In this document: piece by piece, positions 1 to 6,844 of the stretch
How positions within the stretch are numbered: position 1 is the first letter of the stretch
Layout: every line of letters begins with the position of its first letter
Assembly (NCBI GenBank): GCA_964537735.1
Contig: CAZICL010000006.1
Coordinates: forward strand, 989 to 64,988
DNA: 64,000 nt
Direction of reading: 5' to 3'
From: an uncultured Rhizobium sp.
GTDB lineage: Bacteria; Pseudomonadota; Alphaproteobacteria; Rickettsiales; UBA1997
Notes under the pieces: model-generated
Told to the model about the DNA's origin: nothing
Database searches by the model: none
The model's input: only the letters and a program-made list of their open reading frames with translations
Made by a program: the position numbers and the translations under genes

Positions 1-281
1 CGATCTCTAACTTCTTCTGCTGCTTTAGCAAAACTCTCAGAATCCACGCAACCTTGTTGCGACATTTCTTTCGCATAATTGAAAATTGCTTCTCCAGCAC
101 GCCGGTAAACTTCGTAATCTATATTGTCTTTTAACTTTCCTTTAGAAGTTATTTCCTGCACCTGCTTATCAACAGCCTCAACAACTGCGGTAGGAATTTT
201 AGCTTGAGTAATATAATGCCTTTGCGAGTTGGTAAATATTGAGCCAATCATCTTGCCAAACGACCTCAGATATGGGCGCAT
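1..281 (-). CDS. hypothetical protein, N-terminal part only (gene runs off the left edge of the window)
   Basis: A reverse-strand ATG at 279-281 opens a frame (MRPYLRSFGKMIGSIFTNSQRHYITQAK...) with no stop down to position 1. It lies 6 nt downstream of the rnc stop on the same strand. No motif recognised, and there is no N-terminal GTPase P-loop, so it is not Era. Confidence 0.5.
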   Translation of the reverse strand, partial: MRPYLRSFGKMIGSIFTNSQRHYITQAKIPTAVVEAVDKQVQEITSKGKLKDNIDYEVYRRAGEAIFNYAKEMSQQGCVDSESFAKAAEEVRD

Positions 282-287
282 GTTCTA

Positions 288-986
288 TTAATTAGAGTTG
301 CTTAACAAATATTCTAACGCGATTTTTGCCACCTCTTTTTGTGCTTCTTTTTTTGATTTTCCAGCAGCGCTAAATTCCAGATTTAAATTGTTAATCTTAA
401 CAGTAGAGACAAATTCTGGCGCGTGATCCAAACCACCGCTTTTTATTGTAATATATTCCGGCAATTGCTTGGTACGAAGCTGCACCAGTTCTTGTAAATG
501 CGACACCGGATCCTTCGGCGGAGCAATATCTTTTTGTAAATATTGCTGCCAGATTTCTAAAATAAATTTTTTGGTCTTAAAAAAGTCAGAATCAAGGTAA
601 AGTGCGCCAATCAAGGCTTCTAGCGAATTTTCTAAATTACGTTTATTGGTTGCACCACCCAAGTTTTTTTCACCTTTACTAACTTTAATAACCGAATTTA
701 GACCAATTTCCAAAGCAATCTCTGCCAAAGTTTCGCCGGAAACTAAAACAGCCTGACGCTTAGAAAGATCACCCTCCGACTCATTTAAATATTTTTGCAT
801 CAAAAATTCACCGATCACCAAAGATAAAACCTTATCGCCCAAAAATTCTAATCTTTGATAGTTTGGTTTTGCCTTATCTTCTTTGGAAAGACTGGGATGG
901 GTTAGCGCTTCTTCCAGCAATTTTTCATCGACAAAATTATGACCGATTTTTTCACAGAAATTTTTTAAAGAATTTTCACCAACCAT
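288..986 (-). CDS. rnc: ribonuclease III
   Basis: 232-aa ORF with the RNase III signature (QRLEFLGDKVLSLVIGEFL) and a C-terminal dsRNA-binding-like tail (GKSKKEAQKEVAKIAL). Confidence 0.95.
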   Translation of the reverse strand: MVGENSLKNFCEKIGHNFVDEKLLEEALTHPSLSKEDKAKPNYQRLEFLGDKVLSLVIGEFLMQKYLNESEGDLSKRQAVLVSGETLAEIALEIGLNSVIKVSKGEKNLGGATNKRNLENSLEALIGALYLDSDFFKTKKFILEIWQQYLQKDIAPPKDPVSHLQELVQLRTKQLPEYITIKSGGLDHAPEFVSTVKINNLNLEFSAAGKSKKEAQKEVAKIALEYLLSNSN

Positions 987-1489
987 TACAAAAGAGATTT
1001 TAATTTAGCCAAATTAGCTTTGGCTGATCGAACAAGACCCTGCAATTCTAGCTTGCGATAATCACTAAACTGCATCTCAGAATCAGCAGTGATAAAATCA
1101 TCAAGAGCAATTTTGTCTTCGCCATCAACTTCCATCATGTGCGCTTTCTCTTCAGCTGAAATATCGACATGTAAGATCACATCAAGATCTTCATCTTTGT
1201 ATAAATTATGTTTACGTTTTTTGAGTAACTTCTGCAAACCAGCGATAGTATAGCCTTCATCGTATAAAAACTGCTTGATCCTTTTTAAAACTTTTAGCTG
1301 TTTGTTGTAGTAATAACGGCGTTTTCCGGCACCAATTTGCGGCCTTATTTGCGGGAATTTTTCTTCCCAAAATCGAATAACATGAGTTTCAACCTTAAGT
1401 TCACGCGCCACATCGCCAATTGATCTTTTGCGATCAATACCAAGATCATCAGCAAGTTTTTCTATCTCTCTGGCAATATCGTGAACCAT
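986..1489 (-). CDS. MerR-family transcriptional regulator
   Basis: 167-aa ORF with an N-terminal MerR-type HTH (SIGDVARELKVETHVIRFWEEKFPQIRP). Its stop overlaps the rnc start. Confidence 0.8.
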   Translation of the reverse strand: MVHDIAREIEKLADDLGIDRKRSIGDVARELKVETHVIRFWEEKFPQIRPQIGAGKRRYYYNKQLKVLKRIKQFLYDEGYTIAGLQKLLKKRKHNLYKDEDLDVILHVDISAEEKAHMMEVDGEDKIALDDFITADSEMQFSDYRKLELQGLVRSAKANLAKLKSLL

Positions 1490-1491
1490 TT

Positions 1492-2547
1492 TTAAACAAA
1501 TCTTTTTTTATATTCCGTCGCAATATTTTTGACTATAACTCCAGAAATTGCGGTGAGTGGAACTGCGAATAGAACTCCGATAAAACCGAAAGAAATACCG
1601 AAGAAAAACAGTCCAAACATCAACCATAAAGGATGTAATCCAATTTTTTCACCAACCAATTTTGGCGTCAAAAAATTTGATTCTACAACTTGTCCAATCA
1701 AGAAAACTAAAGACACTAAAGCAATATTTTCCATATCCAAACCCCATTGAAATAGAGCGACAATAATTGCTATAGTAACACCGATCAACATGCCGACATA
1801 AGGAATAAAAACCAACATTCCCGTCATAAAACCAATTAAAAATCCAAAATTAAGATTGGTAAAACTGAGCATTGCTGCATACATGATACCGAGCATCAAA
1901 CACACATTGAACTGACCGCGAATATAACCAGACATGGTTTTGTTGATGTCTAAAAAAACTTTACGAATTTGATCGCCACCGTTACGCGGCAAATATTCGT
2001 TAATTTTTTTCACAATAACTTCCCAATCTTTCAAAAAATAAAACAACAAAATCGGCGTTATAAAAAACAATGAGAGCATGTTCAGCAACACTGAAGAGGA
2101 ATTAATTAAATTACCCAGCAAGTCTTTGGAAAAATTGATCGCCTTTGACGCAACATCTTCTTTGGCTGCTAAATGGGCAAAATCATCCTCGAAAGTGAAT
2201 CCCATATTATTGGCAAATTTGGAGAATTTGGGATAAAATTCAGTAGTTATAATTTTAAAATAACTAGGAATGCTATCAATAAACTCAATGGTTTGAGAAT
2301 AAATCACCGGAATAATCAAAAGACTAACTCCAATCAAAGTGGCAAAAAATAATCCCAGAATCAACGAAGTAGCACGCAAACGATTTATTTTATATTGGCG
2401 GTGAAAGCGGTTAACCAGAGGGTTTAAAAAATACGCAATCACAATTGAGCAAATGAAAGGCGTCAGCACTGATCTCACTGAATAAAGCAAGTAGGCGCAG
2501 CAAAATAGTGCTAAAGCAACACAAATTATTTTTTCCCTTAATTTCAT
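1492..2547 (-). CDS. AI-2E (PerM) family transporter
   Basis: 351-aa polytopic membrane ORF whose layout and C-terminal conserved block (VGEKIGLHPLWLMFGLFFFG) are typical of AI-2E/PerM permeases. Confidence 0.85.
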   Translation of the reverse strand: MKLREKIICVALALFCCAYLLYSVRSVLTPFICSIVIAYFLNPLVNRFHRQYKINRLRATSLILGLFFATLIGVSLLIIPVIYSQTIEFIDSIPSYFKIITTEFYPKFSKFANNMGFTFEDDFAHLAAKEDVASKAINFSKDLLGNLINSSSVLLNMLSLFFITPILLFYFLKDWEVIVKKINEYLPRNGGDQIRKVFLDINKTMSGYIRGQFNVCLMLGIMYAAMLSFTNLNFGFLIGFMTGMLVFIPYVGMLIGVTIAIIVALFQWGLDMENIALVSLVFLIGQVVESNFLTPKLVGEKIGLHPLWLMFGLFFFGISFGFIGVLFAVPLTAISGVIVKNIATEYKKRFV

Positions 2548-3671
2548 TGGCCTGAAGATTTAAATGTTGGGATAGCCAGGGAGGCAGGAGATTGAAAAGA
2601 AACCGTGTAAAAATTATCAGCTTTTTTGCTGAGATTAAAACCCAAGTCAACAAAGGCAGCGACTATATCTGGATTAGATCCAACATAGTCCACAGCGACC
2701 CGGACATAATCTTTTGAAACTGCTTCAATATTCATTTGCGAAATTAAATTACTGCTCTCGATTTTATTTTTTAGCATCATCCAATTAGCCAAACTGTGAA
2801 CTCTGATTTCAAGCTTAACTATATTGTCAATTTTAGCCGAATTATCGCTTTGACTAGCAATCAAATATTCAATCGTCTTGTCAGCAACTTTAGATAGCAG
2901 TTCATCTTTGCTTAAGCGGTTAATATTTACAAAATTAAGTTTAACCTGCTTTTTTTGTAATTTTTTGATTTTTTTAACCACGATGCTGACCTTATTTTCA
3001 ATATTATCAGGATAGAGAAAAACCACATAAGCGCCAGCAGCTTTATACCTAACAAAAAGAGGCTCCAGCTGGCTATAGTTAAGCCTATCAACATTATTTT
3101 GATTTATAATTGAAACATTGCTGATGTCATTTTCCGGCAAAATAAATTTTTTCAGCGACTTAGCTGTCAGGCTTTTCTCAATAACACTTTTCCAGTCATT
3201 ATCTTCTTCCCACAAAATAAATTTATCTGATCCACCTTTAGCTTTAATCACTTTAACCGGAATCAACAAATAAGGGTCTTCCTCATTAACAGTGACATCA
3301 ATTGATTTATTTTTCAGAACCTGATCAACAGCATTTTTAAAAAATGAAATATTGAGAACCGCTGAATAGCTGTTGCCGGCAATTTTTTCTTCAGCTATAT
3401 GTTCTGAACGCACCATGTCAAAAATCTGATCATTGCTCACCCCATCAGCAATCTTAGAAGAAAGTGATAAACGAGAGAGTAAAGTCGCAAAAGCATCGCG
3501 GCGGGCATTATTGGTAGCTATAATCTTAGCATCTCCGGCCGATTTTGCTGCAGCCGCAGTGGCAACATTTTCAACAGTATAAATATTGTCTTTCTGTGCG
3601 TAACTTTCGGAAAATAGTGCTGCAAAAAATAACGAGAAACTAATACAAAATATTCTAAACAACTTGAACAT
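2544..3671 (-). CDS. secreted/periplasmic protein, tentatively DUF2066-like
   Basis: 375-aa ORF with an N-terminal signal peptide (FSLFFAALFSESYA). It overlaps the AI-2E gene by 4 nt and is divergent from purM, an arrangement I associate with DUF2066 proteins. The family call is tentative. Confidence 0.55.
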   Translation of the reverse strand: MFKLFRIFCISFSLFFAALFSESYAQKDNIYTVENVATAAAAKSAGDAKIIATNNARRDAFATLLSRLSLSSKIADGVSNDQIFDMVRSEHIAEEKIAGNSYSAVLNISFFKNAVDQVLKNKSIDVTVNEEDPYLLIPVKVIKAKGGSDKFILWEEDNDWKSVIEKSLTAKSLKKFILPENDISNVSIINQNNVDRLNYSQLEPLFVRYKAAGAYVVFLYPDNIENKVSIVVKKIKKLQKKQVKLNFVNINRLSKDELLSKVADKTIEYLIASQSDNSAKIDNIVKLEIRVHSLANWMMLKNKIESSNLISQMNIEAVSKDYVRVAVDYVGSNPDIVAAFVDLGFNLSKKADNFYTVSFQSPASLAIPTFKSSGQ

Positions 3672-3799
3672 AATCTAAATTGACATTGGATTTGCGGCTA
3701 ATAACATATTTGCAATTATAGCCCTTAGCGCCATATCTGGCAACGGTTCACACAAGTTAACTGTCACAAGAAAAAAATCCATCCAATTTTACTATCTCT

Positions 3800-4807
3800 A
3801 TGTCTTTAAGCTACAAACCTTTAACCTACAAAGCAGCCGGCGTTGATATTGATGCCGGCAATGAACTGGTTAACCGCATTAAACCTTTTGCCAAAGCAAC
3901 CTCAAGACTTGGCGCCGATTCTGATTTGGGAGGGTTTGGTGCGCTTTTCGATTTAAAGAAATGTAATTTTAAAGATCCGGTTTTGGTTTCTTCAACTGAC
4001 GGTGTGGGCACAAAATTAAAAGTGGCCATCGATTCTAACAAGCATGACACCATCGGAGTTGATTTGGTCGCCATGTCAGTAAACGACCTTGTAGTTCAAG
4101 GCGCTGAACCCCTTTTCTTTTTAGATTATTTTGCCTGTTCCAAACTTGAAGTTGCAGTTGCAACTGACGTCATCAAAGGAATCGCCGATGGTTGTAAGCT
4201 TGCTGGCTGTGCTTTAATCGGCGGCGAAACAGCAGAAATGCCAGGAATGTACCAAGCCGGAGATTACGATTTAGCCGGATTTTCCGTTGGTGCTGTTGAA
4301 CGCGATGCAATTTTACCAAAAGCCACTAATACTGGCGATGTTTTAATCGGCCTTAAATCCAGCGGTTTGCACTCAAATGGCTATTCTTTAGCACGCTACA
4401 TACTTTCACAAAATAATGTCAAATTCTCCGATCAATATTCCGACGAAAAAACCGTTGCTGACTTACTTTTAGTTCCAACAAAAATTTACGTAAAATCTTG
4501 TTTAGCAGCGCTTAAAACTGGAAAAGTCAAAGCCTTATCTCACATCACTGGCGGTGGGCTTACTGAAAATCTGCCTCGGGTTTTGTCGAAAAATGTCACT
4601 CCCAAAATCGACTTTCAATCTTGGACGCGCCCCGAAGTTTTCAACTATTTACAAAAGCTAGGCAATATTGCTGACGAAGAAATGCATCGCACTTTCAACT
4701 GCGGAATCGGCATGGTTTTGGTTGTGGCCCAAGGTGACGAGCAAGAAGTGATCGAAACTTTACAAAAAAACGGTGAAGAAGTTTTTGTGATCGGCGAATT
4801 AATTTAG
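3800..4807 (+). CDS. purM: phosphoribosylformylglycinamidine cyclo-ligase (AIR synthase)
   Basis: 335-aa ORF with PurM motifs (SSTDGVGTKLK, IGGETAEMPGMY, HITGGGL). Confidence 0.95.
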   Translation: MSLSYKPLTYKAAGVDIDAGNELVNRIKPFAKATSRLGADSDLGGFGALFDLKKCNFKDPVLVSSTDGVGTKLKVAIDSNKHDTIGVDLVAMSVNDLVVQGAEPLFFLDYFACSKLEVAVATDVIKGIADGCKLAGCALIGGETAEMPGMYQAGDYDLAGFSVGAVERDAILPKATNTGDVLIGLKSSGLHSNGYSLARYILSQNNVKFSDQYSDEKTVADLLLVPTKIYVKSCLAALKTGKVKALSHITGGGLTENLPRVLSKNVTPKIDFQSWTRPEVFNYLQKLGNIADEEMHRTFNCGIGMVLVVAQGDEQEVIETLQKNGEEVFVIGELI

Positions 4808-4902
4808 TCACTTTTTTGCTAAAGATAAAATTTAGACCCTTGATTTCACTGGTTAAAAGTTAATTTTCTCCCGCGGAGAAAATTCAAAAATTCACTTACA
4901 AA

Positions 4903-5712
4903 ATGATTAATCGCAAAAATTCAGTTCACTTACAAAATTTTCCTGACGTCTCTTTTCTACCTGACGAAACCACATTAGTTGCCGACATGGATTTGGTACG
5001 CAGCCTTTGTTCCACCGCCTTGTCAATTCGCGACAATAAAAATTTACGCGTGCGCCTGCCTTTAAATAAAATGATTGTAATTGGCAAAAACGCCGCGCGC
5101 ATCTTGCCTTTCAAAGAAGTGATTGCCGAAGAAATCAATGTCAAAAATATCGAAATTAAAGAAGATATTTCACAATTAGCTGAGCTGAAATTGCAGATTA
5201 ATTTCAAAAAAATCGGCGCCAAATATGGTTCTAAAATCAAGGAAATCACTAACGCTGCTAAAGCCGGAAATTGGCATAAAATTTCTGAAAATGAAATTGA
5301 GATTGCCGACGTGAAATTGGTTGATGATGAGTTTGAAATTAAACTTACCACCAAAAATGATGACCCGACAAAATTTGCCATTCTGGCACTGCCCACCAAC
5401 GATTATTTGGTTCAACTCGATATCGAAATTACCAAGGATTTGGAAGATGAAGGCATCGCCAGAGACGTTGTGCGCGCCGTACAACAAAACCGCAAAGATG
5501 CCGATTTAGATATTTCTGATCACATCAACTTAAAAATCTTTTCCAGCAATCCGCGCATTTTGGAAGTTGCCACAACTTTCAAAAAATACATTTGCGAACA
5601 AGTTTTGGCCGACTCTCTTAACTGCGTTTCTGATGCCACAGAAGTTAAGAATGCTACCAAATTCTCTTTCGAAAATAAATTGGATGACGGTGATTTAACG
5701 ACCGCTTTCTAG
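4903..5712 (+). pseudogene. ileS: C-terminal fragment (about the last quarter) of a type-2 isoleucyl-tRNA synthetase; the catalytic core is absent
   Basis: The 269-aa ORF begins at the IleRS ...SVHLQNFPD... block and carries the C-terminal IleRS pattern (LRVRLPLNKM, EEINVKNIEI, INFKKIGAKYG). No HIGH/KMSKS or editing domain is present, and only 95 nt separate it from purM. Confidence 0.7.
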
Positions 5713-5725
5713 CTGCACTACTCTT
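5682..5725. repeat. direct repeat copy 1 (37 nt exact, 44 nt with 1 mismatch) at the ileS-fragment 3' end
   Basis: ggatgacggtgatttaacgaccgctttctagctgcac at 5682-5718 is identical to 6801-6837. The match continues to 5725/6844 with one mismatch. Confidence 0.95.
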
Positions 5726-6632
5726 AATAAATTTGCCATTTTTTATTGAGATAACTTTGCACATCTGACTCTTCCTCAGTAGTTAATTTTCTGCTAAACA
5801 TAACAACCTCAAAAGTTCGACCAATTACTCCTCCCACTAAACTGTTAGTAATTGCTGGACCTGGATAAGAACTGCTTGGCGGTATTACTGTATTTCTTGC
5901 TTGTGTGGCACTGTTGGTAGCATTTCTGCTGCTGCTGCTAATCTTTATATCTGCTCCATCGTAGCTGGTAGTTACTAAAGTGATGGTGTTGAATTGTGAT
6001 AAAGCTGTAATTTGCGCTCTTGGTTCAAAAGAGCTACCATCAAAGACATAAGCCGATAAACGAGAAGAGTTAGCATCATTGCCACTATGTGGATTATATC
6101 TGAAGAATGATGCGCCATTCAGTGCAAAAGAGAATGCTCTATTTCCAACCAATCCAGGAGCATCTAACTCGGTTACGGCAAATATTGTAAATTGTTGAGG
6201 AGTATCAGACGCATTACCTGAAGCAAGACTACAGGGAACTGTGACAGCTTTGAAATTTACCGATGGCAGACTATTGCGATAGTTTGCTTGATAGGTTGGC
6301 TTCGCAGCATCTGTTGCTTGAAGCAGAGTGATTTTTTGCAAATTCTGCGGATTAATATCATACCAGGTTGAGATTTTGGCACCATCAACAGCTTCTGATT
6401 TAATGAAGCTTTCTTCCGCAGCTGCATCAAGCCATAAATATAAATCGTTGATCCCGGCGATAGGCGAGCTTTTGGTTAAAGACCTTGCAGTACTTAATCT
6501 TGCCTTATCCAGCAATTTATTTCCCGAAACAACACCCGTAATTAACACTCCAATAATTAGAATTACGATTGAGAGTTCTATTAAAGAAAAAGCCCCATAT
6601 TTCTTTTTTGAAAGAACCGAATTTTGCTGCAT
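5724..6632 (-). CDS. prepilin-leader (type IV pilin/pseudopilin-like) protein with a LamG-like C-terminal domain
   Basis: The 302-aa ORF has an N-terminus (MQQNSVLSKKKYGAFSLIELSIVILIIGVLITGV) with a prepilin cleavage/methylation-type motif and hydrophobic helix. Its C-terminal tail (FEVVMFSRKLTTEEESDVQSYLNKKWQIY) resembles the end of LamG/concanavalin-like domains. Confidence 0.7.
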   Translation of the reverse strand: MQQNSVLSKKKYGAFSLIELSIVILIIGVLITGVVSGNKLLDKARLSTARSLTKSSPIAGINDLYLWLDAAAEESFIKSEAVDGAKISTWYDINPQNLQKITLLQATDAAKPTYQANYRNSLPSVNFKAVTVPCSLASGNASDTPQQFTIFAVTELDAPGLVGNRAFSFALNGASFFRYNPHSGNDANSSRLSAYVFDGSSFEPRAQITALSQFNTITLVTTSYDGADIKISSSSRNATNSATQARNTVIPPSSSYPGPAITNSLVGGVIGRTFEVVMFSRKLTTEEESDVQSYLNKKWQIY

Positions 6633-6800
6633 AATTTTAAGAGAAAAAATGTTTTATTAGTCAACAGTGTTTACAGCAAAACCATTTCAAACTTGAACAA
6701 AAAAATTTAGCTCTACGCACTAAAAATAAGTCATGAGACCGCATGATAATTTGCAAGCCTTTTTAGTTAAAGAGACAAATTGGGGGAATATCTAAATAAT

Positions 6801-6844
6801 GGATGACGGTGATTTAACGACCGCTTTCTAGCTGCACCACTCTT
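6801..6844. repeat. direct repeat copy 2; it encodes (antisense) the last 11 codons and stop of the 792-aa ORF
   Basis: Identical to 5682-5718. Read on the reverse strand it gives ...DERVVQLESGR-stop. Confidence 0.95.

Noticed and set aside
4926-5509. Three overlapping ORFs (157, 103 and 62 aa) on both strands within the IleRS fragment
   Set aside because: These are shadow frames of the IleRS-derived ORF. They are Ser/Ile/Phe-rich, as expected for antisense of an AT-rich coding region, and show no motifs.
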